From positions 35,286 to 99,285 of the forward strand of contig JAHJQN010000005.1 in assembly GCA_018819225.1 (NCBI GenBank): a stretch of DNA of 64,000 nucleotides, read 5' to 3'. Source of the DNA: Candidatus Micrarchaeota archaeon. Lineage in GTDB: Archaea; Micrarchaeota; Micrarchaeia; Norongarragalinales; SBBD01. The translations under genes were made by a program, and so were the position numbers. This document shows positions 17,106 through 27,021 of this stretch, one piece after another. The first letter of the stretch is position 1; each line of letters opens with the position of its first letter. Under the pieces are notes generated by a model. It saw only the letters and a list, made by a program, of their open reading frames with translations. It was not told where the DNA came from and did not search any database.

Positions 17106-18920
17106 CTACTCCATCATTTGCTTGAGTTGCCCCAAATAATCGGAGCGGTCTTGCCGGAACTGTTTGCGGGCATGCGCATCATCGCGTTTTTTGCGGAAGG
17201 AAACGAACATGGCGGCCGCCGCCACAATCGAAACACCGATGATGGCCGCGACCTCCGGTGGAAAACGCGCGATCAACGTGCTCACGGAATCGTCTTCGCG
17301 TTTGCGCACTTGAACGGGCGTGCTTTTCGCATTCAAACCGTCTTCGGTAAACAAACGGAACGTGAACAAGTGCGACCCCGCGCTTCCAACGGGCGGGGTG
17401 ACCCGGAAACCAAACCGCGTAATGCCTCTCGGGAGCAATGGTTTTTGGATTTCCAAGGGCTGTAATTCAAAATCAACGGGCACTTCCAGCGCGGCTTGCA
17501 CGTGCAGCGGTTGAATCCCGGAATAAAACACGTCAACCGCCACTTCCCCTTCTTCCCCCTCGAATAATTCGGGGGCGAACAATCCTTTGACTTCCACGAA
17601 TTCCAAGAGGCGCAACTTTTCCTGCGTGACCGCTACCTGGTCGGTCTGCCAATCCACGTACGTGGAATACGTGGGGAGGACAAGGGGAAGGACGTACGTG
17701 GCGTACGCGATTTCGTTGGGATTCAAATTCAAAAACTCCCATCGAACCTTTAACGGCCGTTCTTGAATGATTTCTCCGGGTTTATCGAGAAAACGAATGT
17801 CTTGCGAGGTCACATCCATGAGAGTGGGAATGGATTCGTAGACGTTGACGACGGGTATGGCTTTCGTGCCCAGATTGCGCACGTTGAGCGCGACCGTGGT
17901 TTCGCGCGCGAGCCGATCAATGCGGATGTGTCGCAATACGACGGGGTAGGGGTATTCGCGCGGAAAGCTCTTGACGCGCAATACCATGTATTCAATCGTA
18001 GGGCGCGTGCTATGAACCTCTAATTTCAGTAAATAATCGCCGGCCAACGCGTAATTCGGAACGGATAAACCGAAATTGATGATGCGTTCTTCTCCGGGGC
18101 GTAACGTCGTTTCCTTGGGCTGGAACGATACCCAGGATTCGGAAGTCCCGGTCACGAGCAAGCGAATGGTTTTCTCGGTTCCGCCGTCGTTGCGAATCGT
18201 AAAGGATTCGAATGCGCTCGTGCCCGCCAAGAGCTCTCTGAGAACCGTGTGGCGCAAGAACTTGATGTCCCCTTCAACGGGAATGATTTCATCCGGCAGG
18301 GGTTTCGGGGGCGTGAAATTATCGGTGGGCGGAATGAAAAATCCTCCGGACGAGCCACCCCCTCCCGGGGATTGCGGAGGAGGAGTCACCGGCGGATTCA
18401 CGACGGAAAAGCATTCAGAAAACACTTCGCTTTGGTTCGCGTAATCGTCGTAATACGCGGTGGCGTTCGCGCAGTATATGCCGATGGGAAGCGTGCCCGT
18501 GCTCCAGCTCTTGATGAGAATCACTTGCGAAAAACGCGAGATGAGCGTCGGCGAGTAATTGAACGAGTCCACGAGGTCATCCGTCGTGTTGAAGATGAGG
18601 ACTTCCGCGGTCGCGTTCGCTTGAACGGTTCCGTTGTTGTAAAGCGTGAGAACGAAGTCGCCGCTGGCCCCTGAATAAATGGGATCGGGAGCTACGGTCA
18701 GGTTTTGGATCGTGACGTTCGTGTAATTAGGCAAGTCGGACCGGAACCACGTCAGCGTGTCCGCGTAATCGGCGTGAGCGAGACTACTCAATAAGAAAAG
18801 AATAAAAAATAAAAAAAAGGTTTCATGGCTCACGTGACCTCGAAGAACATCGTGTACCATGTTTGTCCGATGCTTCCGCCTCCCGTGCCGATGTAGTCCA
18901 GTTTGTACTTGTAGAACCAT
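17106..18920 (-). CDS. Cell-surface protein with C-terminal TM anchor
   Basis: Signal peptide (likely start near 18860, FFLFFILFLLSSLAHA); many N-x-S/T sequons; PPVTPPPQSPGGGG linker; C-terminal TM plus basic tail. Confidence 0.6.
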   Translation of the reverse strand: MVLQVQTGLHRHGRRKHRTNMVHDVLRGHVSHETFFLFFILFLLSSLAHADYADTLTWFRSDLPNYTNVTIQNLTVAPDPIYSGASGDFVLTLYNNGTVQANATAEVLIFNTTDDLVDSFNYSPTLISRFSQVILIKSWSTGTLPIGIYCANATAYYDDYANQSEVFSECFSVVNPPVTPPPQSPGGGGSSGGFFIPPTDNFTPPKPLPDEIIPVEGDIKFLRHTVLRELLAGTSAFESFTIRNDGGTEKTIRLLVTGTSESWVSFQPKETTLRPGEERIINFGLSVPNYALAGDYLLKLEVHSTRPTIEYMVLRVKSFPREYPYPVVLRHIRIDRLARETTVALNVRNLGTKAIPVVNVYESIPTLMDVTSQDIRFLDKPGEIIQERPLKVRWEFLNLNPNEIAYATYVLPLVLPTYSTYVDWQTDQVAVTQEKLRLLEFVEVKGLFAPELFEGEEGEVAVDVFYSGIQPLHVQAALEVPVDFELQPLEIQKPLLPRGITRFGFRVTPPVGSAGSHLFTFRLFTEDGLNAKSTPVQVRKREDDSVSTLIARFPPEVAAIIGVSIVAAAAMFVSFRKKRDDAHARKQFRQDRSDYLGQLKQMME

Positions 18921-19789
18921 TCATCGTTCTTCGCCCCGGACGGCGGCGTGATGTTGATTCCGACGATGTATCGGCCGGGTTTCACGTCCTTAGCCCTTAC
19001 TTTAACCGTAATCTTTTGGGTCCAACCCGATTGGAAGACGGGAAATGCCGGTTCCAGCAAGACGTCTACCGGATCCACTGAAACGTCAAAGTACTTTTTG
19101 GTTTCCTCGGGGTCGACGTCGACGGTACGCGTGCCATCCGCGAACTCGCTTAACTTGAGCTCGCCGTGCGGCGGGTATTCAACCGAGAAGGCCATGCCCT
19201 GATAGGTCTGCACGAGCCACGTGGAATGGATGAAGAAATGCGTTTCGTATTCGTCGTTTCGTCTGGATAGCACGATGACTTCGCTCGGGAACGTTCCGTA
19301 ACCGACTGCGGCCCAGCGGTCCGTCGGAGGATACTGGTACAATTTGCACCCGCTTTCATCGAACATGGGATACCATTCGGGCTGTTTCCAATAATTTTCC
19401 CCGAAATAGTTGGTGTCCGAAATTTTTCCGAGGTGGAACAACAGCTTTTGGACGTAGAAATCTTCAGGGAACGGAGGGACCTCGGCATACACTTGGGGAG
19501 GCAAGTCGCATCGCCGCTTGGCGATCTCGAACGGATCTTCCTGGTATTGCTGCAGGCGAACCATCAAGTCCGGGTACTTGGTCCAGAACGGATCCTCGGT
19601 CGGCGTCGGGGTTGTGGCCACTGTTATGGCCGTTGGAATGATTGTAGGCACCGGAGCCGGAGGAGCAAACGCGTCCTGCAACGGTCCCAAGAAATACAGT
19701 GCGAGCACCGCGATCACGGCCAATCCAATCCACACTTCCTTGCCCATTTTCTTTCCGTGATGCGACGTGCTATGAGGCTTCTTCTTCAT
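18830..19789 (-). CDS. N-terminally membrane-anchored extracellular protein
   Basis: His/Lys-rich N-terminus, one TM segment, PT-rich linker, then a 240-aa globular domain. Confidence 0.6.
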   Translation of the reverse strand: MKKKPHSTSHHGKKMGKEVWIGLAVIAVLALYFLGPLQDAFAPPAPVPTIIPTAITVATTPTPTEDPFWTKYPDLMVRLQQYQEDPFEIAKRRCDLPPQVYAEVPPFPEDFYVQKLLFHLGKISDTNYFGENYWKQPEWYPMFDESGCKLYQYPPTDRWAAVGYGTFPSEVIVLSRRNDEYETHFFIHSTWLVQTYQGMAFSVEYPPHGELKLSEFADGTRTVDVDPEETKKYFDVSVDPVDVLLEPAFPVFQSGWTQKITVKVRAKDVKPGRYIVGINITPPSGAKNDEWFYKYKLDYIGTGGGSIGQTWYTMFFEVT

Positions 19790-19809
19790 GATCTTTCCCC
19801 CTCTTATGC

Positions 19810-20418
19810 TTAGTTCGCGTTCGTGCTGTTGTGCGTGATCAAACGCTGTTCCACGAGACCGGATACGGACGTGAAGTTCGCGTACAACGTCACGTTAATC
19901 GAACAACATGCGGGTGAAGCCGTGGTATTGAGTTCCTGGAAAATCATTGCTTCCATGGAATTGTTCAACGGAATCTCTGGACCAATAGTTACCGCGTTGT
20001 TACCCACTCCACTTGCAGAACTGTTCACGCCCACCGTAATACCCGATGGAAGCGATGAATTGAATATGAGCGTCATGCTGAGATTCACGTTTCCGGCATT
20101 CGTGTACTGGAAAATAGGTACCGCTGCTCCGGCTTGACACGAACCGCCGAATGCGGTGGTCAAACACGGTTCGACTCGCGTGCACGTTCCGGTGACGCAG
20201 GTAAAGTTAATGTCTGCAGTTGCGGGGCCGGGATCGGATGCACTCGAAGCATTCGCTTCACCGGCTCCCAACGGTAATGTAATCGTGAAACCCGTGTCCA
20301 CCGGGACATTGAAGATGACGGCGGTATTCGCCCATTCCGCTAACGGCATGGCAGCCAACGCAATAAATGCGGCAACAAAAACAATCAAGCGAAAGTGTTT
20401 CCAAACCATTGCGTCCAC
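19810..20418 (-). CDS. Secreted Cys-containing glycoprotein
   Basis: Signal peptide; 8 Cys; multiple sequons. Confidence 0.55.
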   Translation of the reverse strand: MDAMVWKHFRLIVFVAAFIALAAMPLAEWANTAVIFNVPVDTGFTITLPLGAGEANASSASDPGPATADINFTCVTGTCTRVEPCLTTAFGGSCQAGAAVPIFQYTNAGNVNLSMTLIFNSSLPSGITVGVNSSASGVGNNAVTIGPEIPLNNSMEAMIFQELNTTASPACCSINVTLYANFTSVSGLVEQRLITHNSTNAN

Positions 20419-20496
20419 CTTTTAATTATACGAAGCGGGGATATGAATCCGTGACGTTTAAGGCCTATATAAAGCTTTCTGCGAGGGAAAAAATAA

Positions 20497-23400
20497 CTAT
20501 TGTGATGCGGTGGCGTTGTGAGTAATTTCCACCCACTCGGCCATGCCTCCGCTGACGCCGCTGAAATCAGCCCAGCACCATAACTGTTCCCCTTCGCCCG
20601 TTGGAACCGTCGTATTCACGAGGAACGGATCCGCCGCACTCGTATTGGTATTAATGGTGTGAGAGCTTCCGTAACCTGCGCCGGAATTGTGACATTTGAG
20701 GGTCACCCCCGTTGGAGGCGTTGCATTCAAGTAAATACTCCAATTGAGATTTGCATCCCCCGTATTATTGAAAATAAAGAACGGATTATCATTGTTTTGA
20801 CAATTCGCGGTATATCCGACGCATGGATGCACCTCCGTTTGATCGCCCGTCAAACTCGTGAAGTTCATGTCCAAGGTAAATGCAGGCGTGTAGTTGATGT
20901 GCAAGGCTGGTTTATTATTTAGTGAGTGGTTTGCAGAAGAGATCACAAAACGTTCTGTTCCTGAATCGGGCACAGATACCGCACCGAAGATGGAAATCCA
21001 TTCCGGGTGATTCAATATTTGGGCATGGGCGATCGCTGGATCCAACGTGAAGTTCTTGTAACCGGTACTCTCGAATAATGCGGCAGTGGAATTCCAGGTA
21101 TTCGAAGCATCATTAGAATGCATGGCTTTACAAGATATTAACTGCACGCGACTGACAACATGACCACCCAAAAGTCCATTGTTTTCTCCTGGATTGGTAG
21201 CAGTGGAAACATATAATTCTGCTAGAATTTCATTGAAAATAATTCCGGATCCATTCGTTAATCCGGTTTCAAAATCCATATGCCATTTTCCGGATGCCCC
21301 TATCCCAAGGGTTTGGTTGGCTTCAATCAATTCATCTCCTTCCGGCGTACAAGCCGCATTTCCTGCATTTCCATACTCTGCAATATCAAAACTGGGGTAA
21401 ACCGCTATAGTTCGAGAATAGTTCGCAGTAGAACCAACGGCTCCCCTTCCGGGAATCGTTAACGTAAACGATGTGACGGCTGGCACGGTCCAAGGCATAC
21501 GGATGTGCACCTCGCGGTTCGTGCTCAACGTGATGTTTCGAATCGATGAATTGTCGGTATAACCCGGCGAACTGGCATTGAAGTAATGAGGCGTGTAATC
21601 CGTTTGCGTGTTCGTTCCGTCCGGCGCGTTGACGATCGTAAAAGCAGTGAGGGTCTGCCAAGGAGTCATTCCGTTCGAGTCCGTGGTGATTCCCGTGAGC
21701 ATTTCCGTGCCAGACGTGTAATTGGTGATCGAAACCGTGGCGCCGTTCATGGGATCGTCGGTCACGTTGGTGACATTCACCAACAAAAACCATTGCCGCG
21801 TGTAATTGTTTTCATTTCCCCCGAACGTGACCAGGAGGTCATCAAACGAACTGTTGCGGAACACGTGGCCTTGCGAACCGCTGGAGAGGAATAAATCCTT
21901 GTTCTGCGTGTCACGGATGGTGTTGTTGATCCACAGGCTGTTGTTGGAGGCCACGATATGGATGCTGTTGTTGGAATGGTTTTGAATCGTGTTGTTCGTG
22001 AAATTGTTGAAATCGGAGTTGATGATCCTCACGCCCCGCGGTCCTCCCGTAAAGTTGTTGTTCTCGACGACGTGGTCGGTACGCGTTCCCGCAGAAACGG
22101 ACCAAATACCTAATGCTTCCCCGTAACCGTCGCCATTATCTTTCATTTCCTCCACTGTATTGTTCCGAACGACGCACCACGCATTGTCGCCGGTCCCCTC
22201 GTAACCCAGCGCCATGCCGTACGGAGACTGGTTGACGTAATTGTTTTCTATCGTGCAGTTATCGGAGTGGCCGTAGAAGAGGACGGAAAAATCAGCTCCT
22301 GACGGCGTGTGAACCGTGTTGTTTCGGAAAATGGTGTTGTTGGACGAGTCCTTGATTTGGATGGCTCCATAACCCTGCGTGCTGAAATTGTTGTTTCGGA
22401 TGGTCGTATCGTATGCGAACGAAGCCAATACGCCATGCCGATATCCGTAAAAGGAACAGTTCGCGACGTCGGTTTCGTTAAAGTTTGTAATCGATACATG
22501 CGTTCCAACGCGTCCTACTCGGCTGATCGTATGGCCGTCGCAGTCGAGCGTCAACGTATTTGCCGCGATGGTGAAACAGGATCCGGGGGGGGCCGTCAGG
22601 TCGTTGTTCAACAAGACGCTTTGTTTAATGGTTCCGCAACTCCCGTTTACAATCGCCGTAAAATTGTTTTTGTCAGTATCCGTTAAACCCCACTCGTCGG
22701 ATCCGATGCAATTCCAGATGTATTTATTCGGAGGCAACCCAAAAACATTAAACGCGGTATTCGTCGCATTCTGTAAACCCGTAGCGCTCGTATTCGAGAA
22801 GTTGGCGGCCCAAACTCCGGAAAAGTTGCCCCATAACGTTAGATTTTGAGGAGTTCCGGTGTCCACATCGATACTGCAGTTGAACGTAACCATCGCTTGG
22901 GCACTGCTGGAAACCGTGGTATTATCGGTCGCAGGACTAATCAATACCACGTCAGGGGGCTCGGAGTAATTGACATATAGATAAACCTGCGATAACGCAT
23001 CTTGGGAAGAGATGGGATCCCGATCCTTACGATCTTCATCCTTGATGCCAAATCCGAAGAAATTAGTTCCAAGTCCATTTTCCATGTCCGTATGAGCTGC
23101 GTCTATAAGGGTATAATTCGTCCACTGTAACCCTGGAACCGAAGCCACTCCGGTATGATAAATAGTCGAAGAATTCACGTAATCCCACGGCGAATCCGAA
23201 CTACCGCAGGAAAAACTGGATAACGGTTTGTTGATCGCGCGAATGGTATGGTTACTCGCATGAACAGTATTCCAGTACAACGAAGCCGTGATGTTGAAAA
23301 TTTGTGCAGTACCTGGAATGCTGGTGGTGTCCCAGTCAATTGCAGGCCGGTAATCAATATCGTTATAATAGGTTGCAGTCGCATTCGTGCACGAAGTACT

Positions 23401-25056
23401 CGTAAGATTTCCTACGATAAGAGAAAAAGCGCTGTCGACAGCACAACCGTAATAATTGTCGACAGTCGTACAACCAATACCCGAATAATTTATGGTGCGC
23501 CAGAACGTGGTATCGTTATTGTTTTCAGCAGCGGCATATCGCACAAACGGATCCAAGAATAACTGTTTGCCTTGCAAATTGGAGATGCGCAGCTCCGTTT
23601 GATTCGTCATCGAGAGCGAAAAGCCTTCCTCAATCAAGTCGTTGAAATCCAAAACGATATCGCCCGGTAACATGATGGAATGATCCTCGACGTAAACCGT
23701 GCTCCAATCCATTTCATCCGATGAGAGCCGTAATCCGATGGACTGAATCTTGTCGTGAATGGGTTGCGGCGAATCCCGGAAATCCAAAGCGAACTTCGGA
23801 TGTTTTTCGTTGCGCACCTGACCGCGGAAGTTAACCCCTAATCCCTGCTTGATTTCGTGAACGCTTTGATCGCGATTCTCGAATACGATGAAGGGATCCA
23901 GTTTCACCGTGTAATTGGGGGCTTGCAGTTGGAAGTGCGGGTTTTCCCACGTAAACGAAATGTATTCGTTGAAGCCCATCCACTTTCCGAAGAAGAACAC
24001 GTTGACGGGTTTCTGATACAAAATCGCGGTCTTGTATCCGTTGCCGCTTTCGATCACGTCCGCTTTCGCGCCAACGGCTTTCCCCGTCACCGGCAAGTCG
24101 GATTCGAATAATTTGACTCCGCGCGGTTCAATTAATGCGGGAACAAGTGTGGGCATAGGAGTGGCATTTGCGGTGGGCGACGCGCTAACAGATGGCGTGG
24201 GGGTCATCGTGGCGTTCGGGGTTGGAGTCATGGTCGCGTTTGGAGTCGGCGTGGGAGCCGGTGTGGAAAACGAATACCCGTCTTCCCGCGAGCAGTTTTC
24301 AGAATTACAGCTTTCAACTGAGAAGAAATACTGCGTGGATGCCAGGAGACTGGAAAGGGTTAGCGAATGCGTTTGCACGAGCGAGGAATCCGATTCAATG
24401 AGACTGAGATCGATGTCTTGACCGTAATAGACCGTGGAATTCGCGGGCTGGTCGGTATCCCAGGAGATGAGCGCGCTGCTGGTTTGGGGTTCTGCAGTCA
24501 CATTATCGATGATGGGAAAATCAGGGTAAGGCGTTGCCGTAGGCGTTGGAGTCGGAGTCGCTTCCAATTCGCAGGCGGTAGCGCAACACGTGCCGGAGTC
24601 GGAAGCATTGAGCCATTGATCGCCAGGACAAATTTCTCCCTCTAAACAAATCGTTCCGTTTTGTTCCGCGCAAGTCGGTTCAGGGGTCGGAGTCGGTTCT
24701 TCCGTGGGAGTAGGTGTCGGGGATTCGCAGGCAACCGCACAACACAAACCGGTATCCGAAGCGTTGAGCCATTGATCGCCAGGACAAATTTCTTCCTCAG
24801 AACAAACGAACCCTCCTTGTTCCGCGCACGTGGGATCGGGAGTGGGCGTGGGCGCTTCAGTTGCAGTAGGAGTAGGGGTTTCCGTTGGAGTCGGCGTAGG
24901 AGTAGCAGTAGGAGTAGGCGTTTCCGTTGGAGAAGGAGTAGGGGTGGGCGTAGGATCGTCGGCCCCGGCAACCGCAGCCAGTAAAAAGACAATAACCACT
25001 AACAATCCAATGTTCGCGAGCAGGAAACTCCCACGGAAACGGGAGGGAAACGGCAT
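20497..25056 (-). CDS. Giant surface protein (1519 aa): signal peptide, PT-repeat linkers, two 6-Cys modules, right-handed beta-helix region
   Basis: TPTPTP linkers; duplicated CAEQxGxxCxExEICPGDQWLNASDxGxCCAxACE module; many N-rich pseudo-repeats (NNN[FT]xxxxxG) as in PbH1/pectate-lyase-like folds; more than 100 N-x-S/T sequons. Confidence 0.8.
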   Translation of the reverse strand: MPFPSRFRGSFLLANIGLLVVIVFLLAAVAGADDPTPTPTPSPTETPTPTATPTPTPTETPTPTATEAPTPTPDPTCAEQGGFVCSEEEICPGDQWLNASDTGLCCAVACESPTPTPTEEPTPTPEPTCAEQNGTICLEGEICPGDQWLNASDSGTCCATACELEATPTPTPTATPYPDFPIIDNVTAEPQTSSALISWDTDQPANSTVYYGQDIDLSLIESDSSLVQTHSLTLSSLLASTQYFFSVESCNSENCSREDGYSFSTPAPTPTPNATMTPTPNATMTPTPSVSASPTANATPMPTLVPALIEPRGVKLFESDLPVTGKAVGAKADVIESGNGYKTAILYQKPVNVFFFGKWMGFNEYISFTWENPHFQLQAPNYTVKLDPFIVFENRDQSVHEIKQGLGVNFRGQVRNEKHPKFALDFRDSPQPIHDKIQSIGLRLSSDEMDWSTVYVEDHSIMLPGDIVLDFNDLIEEGFSLSMTNQTELRISNLQGKQLFLDPFVRYAAAENNNDTTFWRTINYSGIGCTTVDNYYGCAVDSAFSLIVGNLTSTSCTNATATYYNDIDYRPAIDWDTTSIPGTAQIFNITASLYWNTVHASNHTIRAINKPLSSFSCGSSDSPWDYVNSSTIYHTGVASVPGLQWTNYTLIDAAHTDMENGLGTNFFGFGIKDEDRKDRDPISSQDALSQVYLYVNYSEPPDVVLISPATDNTTVSSSAQAMVTFNCSIDVDTGTPQNLTLWGNFSGVWAANFSNTSATGLQNATNTAFNVFGLPPNKYIWNCIGSDEWGLTDTDKNNFTAIVNGSCGTIKQSVLLNNDLTAPPGSCFTIAANTLTLDCDGHTISRVGRVGTHVSITNFNETDVANCSFYGYRHGVLASFAYDTTIRNNNFSTQGYGAIQIKDSSNNTIFRNNTVHTPSGADFSVLFYGHSDNCTIENNYVNQSPYGMALGYEGTGDNAWCVVRNNTVEEMKDNGDGYGEALGIWSVSAGTRTDHVVENNNFTGGPRGVRIINSDFNNFTNNTIQNHSNNSIHIVASNNSLWINNTIRDTQNKDLFLSSGSQGHVFRNSSFDDLLVTFGGNENNYTRQWFLLVNVTNVTDDPMNGATVSITNYTSGTEMLTGITTDSNGMTPWQTLTAFTIVNAPDGTNTQTDYTPHYFNASSPGYTDNSSIRNITLSTNREVHIRMPWTVPAVTSFTLTIPGRGAVGSTANYSRTIAVYPSFDIAEYGNAGNAACTPEGDELIEANQTLGIGASGKWHMDFETGLTNGSGIIFNEILAELYVSTATNPGENNGLLGGHVVSRVQLISCKAMHSNDASNTWNSTAALFESTGYKNFTLDPAIAHAQILNHPEWISIFGAVSVPDSGTERFVISSANHSLNNKPALHINYTPAFTLDMNFTSLTGDQTEVHPCVGYTANCQNNDNPFFIFNNTGDANLNWSIYLNATPPTGVTLKCHNSGAGYGSSHTINTNTSAADPFLVNTTVPTGEGEQLWCWADFSGVSGGMAEWVEITHNATASQ

Positions 25057-25242
25057 GCGCGTATTACAGCGAAGTCATATTAAACCTTTTACAGAACCGG
25101 CGGGAAAAGAAACGCAAGTCTTTTAAAGCAGAAAGCGCATTGAAAGTGTTCCTTTGGGGAGTAAGCCGGTGCGGCTTGAGAACCAATTCAACTTGTTCTT
25201 GATTTCCTCATCGATTGCGCATTCATTATCAGGTCATAGTTT

Positions 25243-25548
25243 ATGGACGTCAACAAATCCCTTCGATTGGTCGTGGATACGGGCAAAGTCGTGCTGGGCA
25301 CGGACCGCGCCATGAAAACGGCGTTGCTGGGAAACGCGAAATTGATCGTGATTGCAAGTAATATGGCGAGGGATTCGCGACGCGATCTCGAGCAATACTG
25401 TAGGCTCGCCGGCATTCCGACCATGGAATTCAATGGGACGAGCATCGAACTCGGAACCGTTTGCGGGAAACCGTTCCCGATTTCTGCATTGACGGTTCTC
25501 GAGGAAGGGGAATCCGGTATCTTGAAGGAGAGAGGCGACGCGTCATGA
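25243..25548 (+). CDS. rpl30e: 50S ribosomal protein L30e (eL30)
   Basis: GKVVLGTDRAMK ... IVIASN eL30 signature. Confidence 0.85.
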   Translation: MDVNKSLRLVVDTGKVVLGTDRAMKTALLGNAKLIVIASNMARDSRRDLEQYCRLAGIPTMEFNGTSIELGTVCGKPFPISALTVLEEGESGILKERGDAS

Positions 25549-25973
25549 CGAAGCTCAGCATGGAAGACATTCAGAAAATGAACGCGATGGAGCAGATAAC
25601 GGGAGCGAAAGCGCAAGACGTCGTGGACTTGCCGGACCGCATCATATTCATTGTTCCCAAGCAGGATTTGGGCAAGGCCATAGGAAAAGGCGGAAGTAAC
25701 GTGTCTCGTTTGAAGCAAGGCCTCGGCAAACCCGTGGAAATCGTGGAAGCCGCCGACGAAGAAAAAGCGTTTTTTGCCGCGTTGTTTAAACCCGCGGTGG
25801 TTGATGATTATAGCGTGAATGAAAACGATGGCAAGCGTTCGTTGGACGTGCGCGTTCAGAACAAGGAGAGGGGCATTGCCATAGGACGAAATGGGGAAAA
25901 AATCAAGCGAGCGAAATTGCTTGGAAAACGTTACTACGGATATGAAGACGTGCGCATCGTGACGCGAGGGTGA
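25546..25973 (+). CDS. nusA: Archaeal NusA-like transcription factor (KH domains)
   Basis: Two KH GxxG motifs ([22 protein letters not shown]); canonical position between rpl30e and rps12. Confidence 0.85.
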
Positions 25974-25977
25974 AAGC

Positions 25978-26406
25978 ATGGCAAGAGGAGAATTTGCTGG
26001 AAGGATTCTGAAATCGCGCCGCAAGCAAGCGCGGTGGTTGCGAAAGAAGTGGAAGCGCAAGGCATTGGGCTTGAAATTCAAGTTCGATCCGTTGGAAGGC
26101 GCGCCCCTCGCTAAAGGAATTGTTTTGAAAAAGGAAGGCAAGGAGCAGAAGCAACCGCACTCGGGAATCGTGAAAACCGTTAAAGTTCAATTGATCAAGA
26201 ACGGAAAGAAAGTGGGCGCGCATTGTCCGCGCGACAAAGCCATTAATTTCATCGACGAGCACGACGAAGTGACGATTGCGGGGCTCGGCGGATCGCAGAG
26301 AGGTCAGATGGGTTCGATTCCGGGCATTCGGTATAAAGTCGTCGCCGTAAACGGGATTTCGCTCGACGAACTGCGCAAGGGCAAGAAAGAGAAGCCGAAG
26401 AGGTAG
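25978..26406 (+). CDS. rps12: 30S ribosomal protein S12 (uS12)
   Basis: Highly conserved uS12 core (PKKPNSA-type region, here [13 protein letters not shown]) and basic tails. Confidence 0.9.
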   Translation: MARGEFAGRILKSRRKQARWLRKKWKRKALGLKFKFDPLEGAPLAKGIVLKKEGKEQKQPHSGIVKTVKVQLIKNGKKVGAHCPRDKAINFIDEHDEVTIAGLGGSQRGQMGSIPGIRYKVVAVNGISLDELRKGKKEKPKR

Positions 26407-26412
26407 AGAGGC

Positions 26413-27021
26413 ATGAACCCAGACGTCAAACTGTTCGGAAAATACGATTTCAACGTGCAAGTGCAGGACGTGAGTCTCGCGAAGTACATTAGCCTGAAGC
26501 CGGTGCGCTACCCGCATACGTTCGCCCGTCACGGAAACAAGCAATTCGCGAAAGGAAAAGTCAATCTCGTGGAACGCTTGGTGAACAAGCTGATGCGCGG
26601 CGGAACCGGAGAAAAAATGGGGGGGAAAATCATTCGCACGCACGGTAAATTGCAGGGCAAGAAGACGCGCATGATCAAAACCGTGGAGAAAGCGTTCGCG
26701 GAAGTGCAAAAGCGCACGAAACAGAATCCCGTGCAAGTGCTCGTTCAAGCCGTCGAAAACTCGGCACCGCGGGAAGATATTACGCGCGTGCGGTTCGGAG
26801 GAATTAGTTACCAGCTCGCCGTCGACATTTCAGCCCAACGCCGGTTGGATTTATCGCTTCGAAATATTGCGTTAGCGGCGATCATCAGCTCGTTCAAGAA
26901 CCCGTTGACGCTCACCGAAGCGCTTACGAACGAAATCGTGTTGGCAGCCACCAATGATCCCAACTCGTTCTCGATCAAGCGCAAGAACGAAGTCGAACGG
27001 GTCTCGCGAAGCGCGCGTTAA
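26413..27021 (+). CDS. rps7: 30S ribosomal protein S7 (uS7)
   Basis: uS7 fold signature (LVERLVNKLMRGG...); 202 aa. Confidence 0.9.
   Translation: MNPDVKLFGKYDFNVQVQDVSLAKYISLKPVRYPHTFARHGNKQFAKGKVNLVERLVNKLMRGGTGEKMGGKIIRTHGKLQGKKTRMIKTVEKAFAEVQKRTKQNPVQVLVQAVENSAPREDITRVRFGGISYQLAVDISAQRRLDLSLRNIALAAIISSFKNPLTLTEALTNEIVLAATNDPNSFSIKRKNEVERVSRSAR

Noticed and set aside
24830-25126. Plus-strand ORF encoding a GVGV repeat protein, and the analogous minus ORF at 53097-53339
   Set aside because: They are the reverse-complement reading of the PT-repeat linker DNA (ccgacgcc repeats) of genuine surface-protein genes. Not a CRISPR array either: the repeats are imperfect, in-frame and coding.
25188-26748. 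Two long minus-strand ORFs (317 aa at 25188-26141 and 281 aa at 25903-26748)
   Set aside because: They run antisense to the highly conserved rpl30e-nusA-rps12-rps7 genes and have R/F/H-rich low-complexity composition with no motifs: mirror-frame artefacts.
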